Part shown: piece after piece, positions 50,879-64,000 of the stretch
Layout of the letters: every line of letters starts with the position of its first letter
Position numbering within the stretch: position 1 is the first letter of the stretch
From: Octopus vulgaris
Lineage: Eukaryota
Assembly: GCA_951406725.2 (NCBI GenBank)
Contig: OX597833.1
Span: 61,628,001-61,692,000, forward strand
Reading direction: 5' to 3'
Length of the DNA stretch: 64,000 bases
Notes under the pieces: generated by a model
Databases searched by the model: none
Told to the model about the DNA's origin: nothing
What the model saw: only the letters and a program-made list of their open reading frames with translations
Translations under genes and position numbers: made by a program

Positions 50879-51074
50879 CCATGTTGATTCGCTAGCCTCT
50901 GCATGCATTTTTTTTCTCTCCGTGTTTCTTTTCTGTGTATCTTTCTGTCGAAGAGCATAGGCTCGAAACGTAAAAGACTTGTCTTATTTATATTCCTGAG
51001 CGCCATACTAATACAATTGTTTGTTTGTATTCCACCTGCCTTCGTCTTCTGTTTATTTTCATAAAGCTTCCCGT

Positions 51075-51106
<32 letters not shown>

Positions 51107-51400
51107 CATACACTTTTATCCTTTCAGGGTCGATAAGATATGCACCAGTTAAGTACAGTTGATGTGAGTTATCCCACCCCCCCAAAATTGCTGGCCTCGT
51201 GTCAAAATTAGAAACCAATATTTTATTGACCTTCTATTGAGATGACATAAATATAATGTAACAGATGTTTCATTATTTAAAATTAATAGAAAGCTTGACC
51301 GACAATTGTTCTGTGTCGTGTATAAGTCAGAGTGGAATCCCCAATGGGGGTTTTATAAGCCTTAAAAATTCACTGATACTGCTTAGAAGCATAGTGTTGT

Positions 51401-52312
51401 GGATAATGGCGCTGGTTAATGCAGTGCAGTCACTAAGAGACTCTGAGTTCAATCCTAGCCAAGGCACTAAAGTGAATTATATGAAACTTGAAGAATGCTG
51501 GAGTGTATACAACTGTATAATGGCACTGGTTAATGCAGTGCAGTTACCAGGAGGCTCTGAGTTCAGTCCCAGTCAAGGTACAAAAGTGAAATATATGAAA
51601 CTTGAAGAAGGCTATAGTGCATACAACTGGATAATGGCGCTGGTTAATGCAGTGCAGTAACCAGGAGGCTCTGAGTTCAGTCCTAGCCAAGGCACTAAAG
51701 TGAAATATATGAAACTTGAAGAAGGCTGTAGTGCATACAACTGGATAATGGCGCTGGTTAATGCAGTGCAGTAACCAGGAGGCTCTGAGTTCAGTCCTAG
51801 CCAAGGCACTAAAGTGAAATATATGAAACTTGAAGAAGGCTGTAGTGCATACAACTGGATAATGGCGCTGGTTAATGCAGTGCAGTAACCAGGAGGCTCT
51901 GAGTTCAGTCCTAGCCAAGGCACTAAAGTGAAATATATGAAACTTGAAGAAGGCTGTAGTGCATACAACTGGATAATGGCGCTGGTTAATGCAGTGCAGT
52001 TACCAGGAGGCTCTGAGTTCAGTCCTAGCCAAGGCACTAAAGTGAAATATATGAAACTTGAAGAAGGCTATAGTGCATACAACTGGATAATGGCGCTGGT
52101 TAATGCAGTGCAGTTACCAGGAGGCTCTGAGTTCAGTCCCAGCCAAGGCACTAAAGTGAAATATATGAAACTTGAAGAAGGCTATAGTGCATACAACTGG
52201 ATAATGGCGCTGGTTAATGCAGTGCAGTAACCAGGAAGCTCTGAGTTCAGTCCCAGTCAAGGTACAAAAGTGAATCACATGAAACCCGAAGAAGGCTGGA
52301 GTGCGTGCAACT
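51401..52312 (+). repeat. 114-bp tandem repeat, 8 units
   Basis: Unit start ggataatggcgctggttaatgcag at 51401, 51515 (variant), 51629, 51743, 51857, 51971, 52085 and 52199. Confidence 0.95.
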
Positions 52313-52510
52313 GGAATGTAGTGGAAGCAACAATTAAGATGAAGACACCACTTTGATTAGAATATAATATAAAATTCCCAATCGTAGAAATATAAACAAC
52401 CTCAGCCAAAGTCCTAAAGCGAATCACAATACACCCGAGGAAAGCTGGTGTGTATACACCTGAAACGTAGTGAAAAGCAATAATCAAGATGAAGATACCA
52501 GTCTGCCTAA

Positions 52511-52905
52511 TCTTTATATATAAAAGTAAGGTTGTGTGTCTGTCTCCTACGATTTAGATTCCTAGCTACTCCCACATTTTGCAGTGCAGTGTAACCAAAA
52601 GCGGGTATCTTATAGTCGTGATTCATATCGAGCCCTTCTGGGTATTAGCGTGTGTCTACGATGAGTCTACGATTTAAAAAAAAATTTACCATAATTTTTT
52701 CCCATTTTAATGCATTTTTTTGCTATTATATAAGGGAAGTAACTCTCTAAATATGTATTATTAAATCTCAGAACGTAAAAAGCTACAGTAACACCCGCCC
52801 TTTGTGGTTAGCCATATTGAGATGGCTATTATACTTTACATCTCTAAAAATGCTTATATAGTTATTTCCCTTACAAACCCGAGTAACGCCGGGCGATACT
52901 GCTAG
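52511..52905 (+). mobile_element. Non-autonomous Helitron
   Basis: a|TCTTTATATAT...CCCGAGTAACGCCGGG..CTAG|t. Confidence 0.85.
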
Positions 52906-53293
52906 TACATAATATAAAATTCCTCATCTCAGAAATACAGAATTGTATGAACGGTATTGATTCAGAGGAAGAAGTAGATGGGAGTTGTGGAGTTGCAAAC
53001 ACTATAACTAACATCATGGCAACTACAACAGCCACAACGGACAACCAAAACTGTTCCACAATCACAACTTGACAGGGATATTTACCATTCTGATACACTG
53101 ATATTTGACAGATGTTCTTTGTTGTAAACAAACTTCAAATGTTTTTTTCCCCCTTTGTATGAGAATTCAACTGTAATATGTTGACAATGCTGACATCTTT
53201 CTCCCCATTCTCATTTTTTACCTATTGAAATATTTTGATAAAGTGTAAGTTGATAAGGATCCATGTTGGCACAAGTCAGACAGAATCTGTTAA

Positions 53294-53514
53294 CCCTTTA
53301 ATGTTCAGATTACTCTGTTAATTGTAATACTTTTTCACTCAAATTGTTTTGAATTAATCTTGCTTTTATCTCAGAGCTTTGAGGTTTCAATGATGTGATT
53401 ATTTATTTTTAGAATGTCAATGTAGGTTAGGTGTGAGAGGCCAGATTTGGCTAGTTCATATAAAAAACATGTAGAATATTTGGGCCAAATGTGGCCGGTT
53501 TAAACACTAAAGGG
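53294..53514. mobile_element. piggyBac-like MITE
   Basis: TTAA|CCCTTTAATGTT...AACACTAAAGGG|TTAA. Confidence 0.75.
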
Positions 53515-53889
53515 TTAAAGGAATTTTATACTGCCAGATGTCCTTTCTGACACCAACTTTCACCTGTTTCCAAGGTAATATTTCTCCATCGTAGAAATGA
53601 ATAACATCATCACTTGTATGATGACTCATTTACAATCATCAAATGCTATCACAACAAGGGTATGCACTAATACACACAGGATGGGCTTCTTCCAGTTTCC
53701 ATCTCCTAAATCTATTCACAAAACTGTGGTTGGCTTGGGATATAGTAAAAAAAAAAACCTTGCTCAAGATGCAGCAGAGGGGGATTCAACCCAAGACAAT
53801 ATGGTAGAGAAGCAAACTCCTCAACCACACAGCCAGACCAGCACTTGAACTAAATGGACAAAAAAAAATTGAATTAAAATAAAATAGAT

Positions 53890-54295
53890 AGGCGTAGGAG
53901 TGGCTGTGTGGTAAGTAGCTTGCTTACCAACCACATGGTTCCGGGTTCAGTCCCACTGCGTGGCACCTTGGGCAAGTGTCTTCTACTATAGCCTTGGACC
54001 AACCAAAGCCTTGTGAGTGGATTTGGTAGGCGGAAACTGAAAGAAGCCTGTTGTATATATGTATATATATATATATGTATGTGTGTGTATATGTTTGTGT
54101 GTGTTTGTCCCCCCAACATCGCTCGACAACCGATGCTGGTGTGTTTACGTCCCCGTAACTTAGCGGATTGGCAAAAGAGACTGATAGAATAAGTACAAGG
54201 CTTACAAAGAATAAGTCCCGGGGTCGATTTGCTCGACTAAAGACGGTGCTCCAGCATGGCCACAGTCAAATGACTGAAACAAGTAAAAGAGTAAA
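53890..54295 (+). mobile_element. SINE family A, full length
   Basis: Full head to tail. Confidence 0.88.
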
Positions 54296-54800
54296 AAAAT
54301 ATAAAAAAACATACAGTAATGCTAATGAGATCAGCAGTGATGTAATATAAGTTTATATCCATCGTCTGAAGATAAAAACAACCAGTTTTAGGGCAGAATT
54401 TTGGGAGAAGTCGAAAAATTTGTGAAATACAAGTTTTAGATAAACAAGGGATTTTTGCCACTTTCCATACTATGGAGACAGAACTGTTTTAAAGAATATC
54501 AACTGCAATAAATGGTCTTTATACAATAGTAAGTTCAATATGTTTTAGAAAGAAAACACTAGAGTTCCTTGCAAAGAATGTAGGTCTTGTAAACAAGACA
54601 ATAGACAACCTCACTTCTTCTTTGCCCTTCATTTTGAAAATGGTTTTGGAATATTATGCTGCTTCTCAGAGAAGTGCAATGATTTGCAGCTGGTTCCACC
54701 AAAATACAGACCACAGAGACTTTGGGGAGATAGAGAAATGGTCTTTGGTATTTCATAATAAAATTTTCCACGTTTCAATAATAATTACAAACATAAAATA

Positions 54801-55028
54801 TCAGACTTTCTTTGGAACGTGCGCAAGAATTGGCTTTGGTCGTGTTTTGAACAGCAATTTTGTTTTTATGAGGGCCTCCACTCCATATTCAGTTGCTCTA
54901 TTTGCTGAGTCAACATCCGTCTCTTCACTTGTTTCAAGATGGCGCCGAGTCAAAACAGCAAAAGGTTTCTCAAGTTGCATCTTTTTTCCGTAGAGGATAT
55001 GGTGGCCAATGATAAGAACAGGTTGTTC
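54801..55028 (-). CDS. CHTF8: Chromosome transmission fidelity protein 8 homolog, last exon
   Basis: Acceptor ctgttttcag| then [26 protein letters not shown]...[25 protein letters not shown]. Matches the CTF8 family motifs [15 protein letters not shown] and FKTRPKPI. Confidence 0.95.
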   Translation of the reverse strand, partial: EQPVLIIGHHILYGKKMQLEKPFAVLTRRHLETSEETDVDSANRATEYGVEALIKTKLLFKTRPKPILAHVPKKV

Positions 55029-55381
55029 CTGAAAACAGAGATCAAATCTATTTAGTAATTGATTATTGAGATGTCATCTCTCTCTCTTTCCCTTCCCCTC
55101 TTTCATTCTCCTGTTTACTGTATCACCATCTGTCACCATCACTATTTCTGCCGTTTTGCACCACCAGACATCCCCTGTTCAGTCCTGGGCCCCATTCATT
55201 CTTACACAATTTTCTAACCTATTTCTATTGTTTTCCAGCTCCATCTAATCACAGTCTTTCTTACAAAATGAGACTAGTCCTTTGGCTCCTCTTCAGCAAG
55301 AAATCCTTTCTCATGCTTGACCCCTACCTCTATTTATCACCTCCCAGCATAAAGTTGCTCTCATGAGATTCACAGTTTTAA

Positions 55382-55852
55382 CCCTTTCGTTACCAACCTG
55401 GCTGAAACTGGCTCTGGCTCTGTAGTACAAATGTCTTGTTTTCATGTATTGAATTAAAATCTTCCACCAAACCTTAGTCACAATTTATATTCCTAACACT
55501 AGCTGAATGATAACTAAGTTATTTTACTAAATTCTTTGTTATATTTAAAGTAATTGAAAGAAACACAGAGCATCTCGAAATAAATACAGTAACAAATGGG
55601 TTGAAATATATAATAGAGAAACAATTCTTAACCCTTTTGATACCAACCCAGCTGAAACTGACTCTGGCTCTGTAGTATAAATGTCTTGTTTTCATAAGTT
55701 TTGAATTAAAATCTTCCACCAAAACTTAGTCACAATTTATGTTCCTAACACTAGCTGAATGATAACTAAGTTATTTTACTAAATTCTTTGTTATATTTAA
55801 AGTAATTGAAAGAAACACAGAACATCTCAAAATAAATACAGTAATGAAAGTG
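55382..55852. mobile_element. Tandem pair of piggyBac-like MITEs in the CHTF8 intron
   Basis: TTAA|CCCTTT starts at 55382 and 55632; ~220-bp near-identical units ending GGGTT / GTGTTAA. Confidence 0.65.
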
Positions 55853-56167
55853 TTAAAATTGCAGGGTGACATCACCTGAGCTGCTGGCATGAAAAAAAAG
55901 CACCCAGTACACACTGTAAAATTGTTGATATTAGAGAGAACATCCATCTGTAGAAACCATGCCAAGGCAGACACTGGAGCATGGGGCAGGACCTCTCAGC
56001 TGAGTGAGTGAGTGGAACCAAGATTGTCCGTGCCAGTGGCATGTAAAAAGCACCTCTCAAGAGTTGGGCCTCATGGAGGCTATGACAAATAACGAAGACC
56101 CTCGGCAATATGTCGTGCTTGAGGAAAGGACCCATCAGGCGAAGTGAAATTGGTGTGGTAGATACTT

Positions 56168-56395
56168 ATTTCTTTATTACCCACAAGGGGCTAAACACAG
56201 AGGGGACAAACAAGGACAGACAGACGGATTAAGTCGATTACATTGACCCCAGTGCGTAACTGGTACTTAATTTATCGACCCTGAAAGGATGAAAGGCAAA
56301 GTTGACCTCGCCGGAATTTGAACTCAGAACGTAACGCAGACGAAATACTGCTAAGCATTTCGCCTGGCGTGCTAAAGTCTCTGCCAGCTCGCCAC
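56168..56395 (-). mobile_element. SINE family C (head GGCGAGCTGGCAGA, B-box GAGTTCAAATTCC)
   Basis: tRNA-like head, gcctttcatcctttc central block, AATAAAGAAA tail; degenerate copies at ~59705-60075. Confidence 0.75.
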
Positions 56396-56646
56396 CGGTG
56401 TAGTAGATACTGATGTCACGTAGCTAGCACCCATGCCGGTGGCATATCAAAGCACCCGGTACGTTCAGGTTGTTAGCATCAGGAAGGACATCCGGCTTTA
56501 GAAACCATGCCAAAACAAGACAATTAGGGCCTAGTGCCAGGTCTTGTCAAACCATCCAACTCATGCCAGCATGGAAAATGGATCTTAAATGATGAAGATG
56601 ATGGTAATAATGATGATGATGATATAAAATGAATGAAAGCTCTTAC

Positions 56647-56764
56647 TTTAGTTGTGAAATGTAAATCTCCAATAAATTTACCCTCTAATGGCACAGGGTA
56701 TCGCATTTCAAGATCTCCTTGGAGTTCTATGATTGTCCACTCTGGACAGGATTGACCCGATGAC
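56647..56764 (-). CDS. CHTF8: CTF8 homolog, internal coding exon; the short first coding exon was not identified
   Basis: Acceptor ctacag|G; SSGQSCPEWTIIELQGDLEMRYPVPLEGKFIGDLHFTTK; donor AAA|gtaaga, phase 0 to the exon at 55028. Confidence 0.93.
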
Positions 56765-57064
56765 CTGTAGCAAATTGAAAAAAAAGAAATTATAAAAACA
56801 TAAAAGTTGTTACTTTGAAATCGATAAATTAGAGAAAGGTGGAGGGGAGTGGGTGGAAGAGAAGTTAAGGCAATAATTAGCATAGTGTAAGAAATTAATG
56901 ATTACATATTAATGAATTTTCACTAATAATAATAATAACAAGAGCACTCAGAGATCACAAACCTCTGCCAAGACAACACCAACGTCCTCTCAACGATTAG
57001 CCAGAGATGATTTTTAAAATAAGAATATCTGAAATAAACTGGACTGCTCTCACTAACGAGAATA

Positions 57065-57426
57065 CTCGTGGCCGATGCCAGCGCCGCCTCGAATGGCTTC
57101 CGTGTCGGTGGTACGTAAAGAGCACCATTAGAATCGTGGCGGAAGCCAGTGCCGCCTCGACTGGCTTCCGTGCAGGTGGCACGTAAAATGCACCAATCCG
57201 ACCGTGGCCGATGCCAGCCTCGCCTGGCACCAGTGCAGGTGGCACGTAAAAAGCACCCACTACACTCACGGAGTGGTTGGCGTTAGGAAGGGCATCCAGC
57301 TGTAGAAACATTGCCAGATAAGACCGGAGCCTGGTGCAGCCTTCTGGCTTCCCAGATCCCCGGTTGAACCGTCCAACCCATGCTAGCATGGAGAACGGAC
57401 GTTAAACGATGATGATGATGATGATG
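57065..57426 (+). mobile_element. SINE family B with ~60-bp internal subrepeats
   Basis: cgtggccgatgccag... recurs three times, then the family core and (gat)n tail. Confidence 0.82.
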
Positions 57427-58724
57427 AACCTAACTGATCTCAAAAATTAAGAGAAAAAACAGGACAAATAATCCAGAATCCTTGTCTACCTGTGCGAAAG
57501 TGGTACGAGAGCAACAAATTAAGTGGAACAGCTAAGTGAACTGGGCCATAGCAAACATATCTATTTACATTACAACTTAAATGTGAACACAGCAGATATG
57601 TAGGATATATGGAAATGAAAATCAAAAATGTCAAGTAGGAATGACAGCTCCATCTGCTACCAGCACCCTGGGTCATTAACTATTAGCCTGGTGCTGCTGA
57701 ACCAAGTTTTACAGTGAAAATTCTGTCTCGGCAATATAAAATTCAGCATGAGAGACATTAGACTGTTAATTAAAACCAATTATATGGTGTGACAATTACC
57801 ATATTGTCCAGTTCACAGGGGTTCTGTTGTTAAAATCTATCTGCAATAAACTGGTTATATTGCTATAATACATAAAATATAATTTTTTTTTTTTTACGAT
57901 TCCTAATATGGTAATGCTTTGATATATAAGTTAATTTATTTCCAGAGATCACTCATAAAGCGAAAACTCTTAAAGCAGAGCATAATTTCCGATAGCAGCA
58001 ATCATTCCCAGAAAAATATTTCCATTAGTAGCAATTGTGCATAGAAAAATATTATATCTATAAAATTTGATACTTGTAAATAAATGGCAATAAAACAACA
58101 GTAAAATGTAAAGAATATTTTATGTAAAGTGAAAAGAATGTCAAGATCATTTATAATAAATATTATTATAATCGTTTTCTGAATCACTTTCACTCACATT
58201 AGACTCGCACACACTATCACTTGTAGATGCAGTCACCGATTCACAAGCATTTGTAGACAGACTTGTAGATTTCTTCTTAAAAAGACAAGTCTAGAGTTGT
58301 TTGCTTAGAAGAAGCTTTTTTTGCTCTCTATAAATTTCTCGGTAACACAAAGAAGCATTTGTTATGACAGCTAAAAACTTTTGCACTTGGTTCAAAATTT
58401 GGATCATGTGCTTGAAAGATAAAACTCATAAACCCGGGTTCTCGTGAAGTGGGGTATTACTGTATTTAATTATAAAAATATTGTAGGGTTTTTAAACATC
58501 AAATGGCCATGAGGGTCCATCTGAGTAAAATAGGAATCAAAGGGGTCCACAAGTAAAAAAAAAACAGTCAAGAACCATCAGTATGTATGTAGCTTGCTTA
58601 CCAACCACATGGTTCCAGGTTGAGTCCCACTGCGTAGCATCTTGGGCAAGTGTCTTCCACTATAGCCTCAGGCTGACCAAAGCCTTGTGAGTGGATTTGA
58701 TAGAATGAAACTGAAAGAAGCCAG

Positions 58725-58788
<64 letters not shown>

Positions 58789-58792
58789 CGGT

Positions 58793-59637
<845 letters not shown>

Positions 59638-60086
59638 ATAGAATACAAATTTCTTAACAACACAGCCAATTCTGTACTTATACAATTCTATACAAAAAAT
59701 GCTTAGCAGAATTTTGTGTGACTGAAAAGTTCTAAGTTCAAATTCCTCCGAGGTCAACTTTGCCTTTCATCCTTGATAAAATAAGTACAATTTGAGCACT
59801 AGGGTTCATGTAATCAACTTGCCCTCCCCCTAAATAGCTGGCCTTGTGCTAAAATTTGAAACCAATATTTCTATAACAGGTGAACTGGCAGAATTGTTAG
59901 CACGCTGGACAAAATACTCAGCAGTATTTCTTCTAGCTTTTTGTTCCAAGTTCTGCCAAGGATGCCTTTCCTTTCCATCCCTTCACAGTCAGTAAAAGAA
60001 GTACCCGTTGAGCACCGGAGTTGATGTAATTGACTAGACCACACCCCAGCAAAAAACCTCAGGCTTTGTATCTAGAGTAAAATAAA

Positions 60087-60478
60087 TCTCTCTATATATA
60101 AAGCTGAAGTTGTCTGTGTGTGGCAGGTTTGGTAGCCTTCAACTAACACTATCTCCTCCGACACCCTGCGGCACAAGTTGACCAAAATTGAAAGTATGAT
60201 AGAAGAAGGCTTGCTATTCATTCCATACAAGAAAAAATTCAAATCGGACCATGTTAACACTAAAAATTATTTATATCAAAAAGGCGCTTTTTTCTATGAA
60301 AATCCCTATTTTTTACGATTTTTTTTACTGCTGTGTTGCCATTTTTCGGTGTATTTCAACCAGAAAAATGTACACTTAAAGAGAATAACAAGCTACATAA
60401 AGCAAAATTTTTACTTTTCAAAAATTCCAATTCTAAAGGGTCGAAACAAACCCGAGCAACGCCGGGCAGTACTGCTAG
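60087..60478 (+). mobile_element. Non-autonomous Helitron (second subfamily)
   Basis: a|TCTCTCTATATAT...CCCGAGCAACGCCGGG..CTAG|t; homologous to 15809-16180. Confidence 0.85.
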
Positions 60479-61112
60479 TAAATAGATAAAATAAAAGACA
60501 ATTTCTGTATGGGTATAAGTGTAAGAGTGGTATAGCTGTTGACCTATATTAGACTGTGACGGTACAATGTCATTGACCTATAAAGGTTAGATAATATCAT
60601 ATATTCTATTTCTGCACCAAAAATATACCTCAGAGATAAATTACATTCACAGTTTCATTTGTGTAATACATGTGCGCACGCACATACACACACACGCTCT
60701 ATCTATCTATATCTATCTATACAAACACACACATATATATATATATACATATACACATATACATATATACACACATATACATACATATATATGTATACAC
60801 ACACATATACATATATGCATACACACACATATACATATATGCATACACACACATATTCATATATGCACACACATATTCATATATGCACACACACATACAT
60901 ATATGCACACACTCATATACATATATGCATACACACACATATAAACATACATATATAGATTTATGTACATTCCTTTATGTACACTGATTTGTTCTGCTTT
61001 TTTACGTTTAACCCTACAAGTCTCTTATGTGGTGGTTTAATAAAGTATGTGATTGAGTATTATCTGGTAATTGATATTTGATTTACATGTATTTCTCCAT
61101 TTTCTTATCTTG

Positions 61113-61144
<32 letters not shown>

Positions 61145-61802
61145 CATACACTATTTTATTGAAGCTGAAAAAAATAATAGTGTCTTAATCTACTTTTGCT
61201 ATTCAAGTAGTTCTTCTTCACCTTGTTTAGTACCTATGTACTCACATGTATTTATGTGTGCATGTGTGTGTACATCTATCTACATACATTTATTGATTAA
61301 TATTTAACGGAAGTGACTCAGGGGTCAAGAGTTTCGTACAGTAGCACTTAACAAACTTCGAAGCACTATGTGTGTGTGTGTGTGTGTGTGTATATACCCA
61401 TATATAAACTCATAATATACACTCGTTTTGAGTTTTATTTTCCCTGTTTGCATCACCAAACCTATACACACAACGAGCTTCTCTCAGTTTCCATTTACCA
61501 AATCCACTCATAAGGCTTTGGCTGGTCTGTGGTTATAGTAGAAGCCACTTGCCAAAGTAGTACCAGGGATTGAACTCAGAACCGTGTGGCTGGGAAACAA
61601 ACCTCTTACCACACAGCCAACACTCTATACCAGCTGCCATCACATCAACCCTTTAGTATTTAAATCAACCATGTCCAGCTCAGATGTTCAACCTGCTCAA
61701 TGTCCAATCTGGCCAAATTCAACCTCTCACACCTACCCTGCAATGCCGCTGTCAAAATAAACAATCACGTCATGAAAATCTTGAAGCTGTGAGATAACAT
61801 TC

Positions 61803-62565
61803 TTTTATTCTTTTATTTGTTTCAGTCATGTGACTGTGGCCATGCTGGAGCACTGCCTTTAGTGGAACAAATTGACCCTAGGACTTATTCTTTGTAAGCT
61901 TAGTACTTATTCTATTGGTCTCTTTTACTGAACCGCTAAGTTACGGGGATGTAAACACACAAACATTGGTTGTCAGGTAATAGTGGGGTAACAAATGCAG
62001 ACACACAAACATATACATACATATACTCTTTTACTTGTTTCAGTCATTTGGCTGCGGCCATGCTGGAGCACCGCCTTTAGTCAAGCACATCGACCCCAGG
62101 ACTTATTCTTTTGTAAGCCCAGTACTTATTCTATCGGTCTCTTTTGCCGAACTGTTAAGTTATGGGGACGTAGACACACCAGCATCGGTTGTCAAGCGAT
62201 GTTAGGGGACAAACACAGACACACAAACATATACACACTTATACATACATATATATGACGGGCTTCCTTCGGTTTCTGCCTACCAAATCCATTCACAAGG
62301 CTTTATTCGGCCCGAGGCGATAGAAGACACTTGCCCAAGGTGCCACACAGTGTGACTGAACCCAGAACCATGTGGTTGGTAAGCAAGCTACTTACCACAC
62401 AACCACTCTTGATGGGCTTCTTCCAGTTTCCATTTACCAAATCCACTCACAAGGCTTTGGTTGGCCTGAGGCCGTAGAAGAAGACACTTGCCTAAGGTGC
62501 CATGCAGTGGGACTGAACCCGGAACTATGTGGTTGGTAAGCAAGCAACTTACCTCACAGCCACTG
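61803..62565 (-). mobile_element. Cluster of three family A SINE pieces nested in a piggyBac-like MITE (~61649-62634)
   Basis: Repeated SINE tails and heads; flanks ccctttagtattt and aatgctaaaaggttaa resemble the 53294 MITE in reverse. Confidence 0.7.
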
Positions 62566-63014
62566 ATGATCAATTCAAAACAATGTGAAGAAATAAGCAT
62601 TACAGCTGTCAAAGTAATTCTGAATGCTAAAAGGTTAAACCTATTTTGTACATACTTTTACAACACCATCACCTGGTACCCCCTCTCTTTCTCTCACCTC
62701 AAGAATGATAAAATCTTACCTGTTTCACCATTGCACTAAAATGGTTGTCCTCAGAGAGAATGATAACAGTGTAATATTAATTGAAATTCCTTAGCTAACT
62801 TTATCAAGATTGTTAATACTTACTTGGCTAATATATTTAAATATATTCATTGAATAATTTTTTTATTCTTTTGTTACTCTGTTGCACTCTTTCAAATATT
62901 TTCTGTTGAAGTACATTGCCTTCGTTTAAATTAAATTATGAAAATAACAAAGAGTTTATTGAAATAACTAATTAAGCTGGCCTTGGGCTAAAATTTGAAA
63001 CCAATATTTCTATG

Positions 63015-63540
63015 GGCGCAGGAGTGGCTGTGTGGTAAGTAGCTTGTTTACCAACCACACGGTTCTGGGTTCAGTCCCACTGCGTTGCACCTTGGGCAAG
63101 TGTCTTCTACTATGGCCTTGGGCCGACCAAAGCCTTGTGAGTGGATTTGGTAGACGGAAACTGAAAGAAGCTTGTCATATATATATATATGCGTGTGTGT
63201 GTTTGTGTGTCTGTGTTTGTCCCCCTAGCATTGCTTGACAACCAATGCTAGTGTGTTTATGTCCCCGTTACTTAGCAGTTTGGCAAAAGAGGCCGATAGA
63301 ATAAGTGCTAGGCTTATCATCATCATCGTTTAACGTCCGCTTTCCATGCTAGCATGGGTTGGACGGTTCAACTGGGGTCTGGGGAGCCCGAAGGCTGCAC
63401 CAGGCCAGTCAGATCTGGCAGTGTTTCTACAGCTGGATGCCCTTCCTAACAAAAGAATAAGTCCAGGGGTCGAGTTGCTCGATTAAAAAGGTGGTGTTCC
63501 AGCATGGCTGCAGTCAAATGACTGAAACAAGTAAAAGAGA
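63015..63540 (+). mobile_element. SINE family A interrupted by an antisense family B fragment (~63315-63450)
   Basis: Family A sequence breaks at aggctta and resumes at caaaagaataag. Confidence 0.8.
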
Positions 63541-64000
63541 AAGAGAGAAAAGAGAGAGGTGAACTGGCGAAATTGTTAGCACGCTAGACAAAATTCTCAG
63601 CAGCGTATATATTTAGGTTGTAACATTGCAAATTAATCACCCATATTTTTTTTTTATTAGTCTCAGGTCAAAGCTGTGGCCATGCTGGGGCACCACCATT
63701 TTGCTACACTGTTATTATTGAGAGCCTTCTCTAATATGTGGTATTTGGTGAATAAGGAAGTTTGATGTCTATACCTTCATTCTCACCTCCTGCTGTGAGG
63801 TAGGTTCATCTGGGACTCTCGACAGGAAGAGATCCAGTTTTGATTTGAAAACGCCTACATTCACTTTGTGTAGGTCTCTCAGGTTCTTTGGGAGAATATT
63901 AAAAAGCTGTGGGCCTCTGAAACCCGTTTTGATGCCACCCCACTGGCTAGGCCATGCAGTCCAACATTCTCCTTGATCAGAAAGTAGTCCACCACAGAGT

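Noticed and set aside
52930-53071. Possible terminal exon (EIQNCMNGIDSEEE...CSTITT*)
   Set aside because: Weak acceptor, no upstream partner exon, no recognisable homology
58385-58407. Minus-strand ATGATCCAAATTTTG (MIQIL) as CHTF8 exon 1
   Set aside because: No good donor in the required phase 2, so the first exon is left unassigned

Overview
Repeat-rich, AT-rich animal genomic DNA. The SINE, microsatellite and Helitron content suggests an octopod cephalopod (inference). The window lies between the last exon of a mitochondrial carnitine/acylcarnitine carrier gene (SLC25A20-like, + strand, 1063-1125) and a convergent CHTF8/CTF8 gene (- strand, exons 56647-56764 and 54801-55028). Most of the interval is a recent tandem duplication (~2.7-24.7 kb vs ~26.9-43.7 kb). 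Each copy carries a two-exon gene for a ~510-aa TPR-rich, IFIT/TTC22-like protein: a 17-codon first exon, an ~8-9 kb intron full of transposons, and one large coding exon. The copies are near-identical in non-coding DNA but differ by a dense patch of purely amino-acid-changing substitutions. Exon 1 is surrounded by a ~360-bp tandem repeat, derived from a transposon end, that multiplies IRF/ISRE-like AAAGTGAAAG motifs. Together these suggest a diversifying innate-immune effector locus (hypothesis). Other content: Tx1/L1-clade LINE copies, Tc1 relics, Merlin-like and piggyBac-like MITEs, non-autonomous Helitrons, three SINE families, several unusual satellites and degenerate hammerhead/Penelope-like motifs. 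All comparisons were made by eye; no searches were run.
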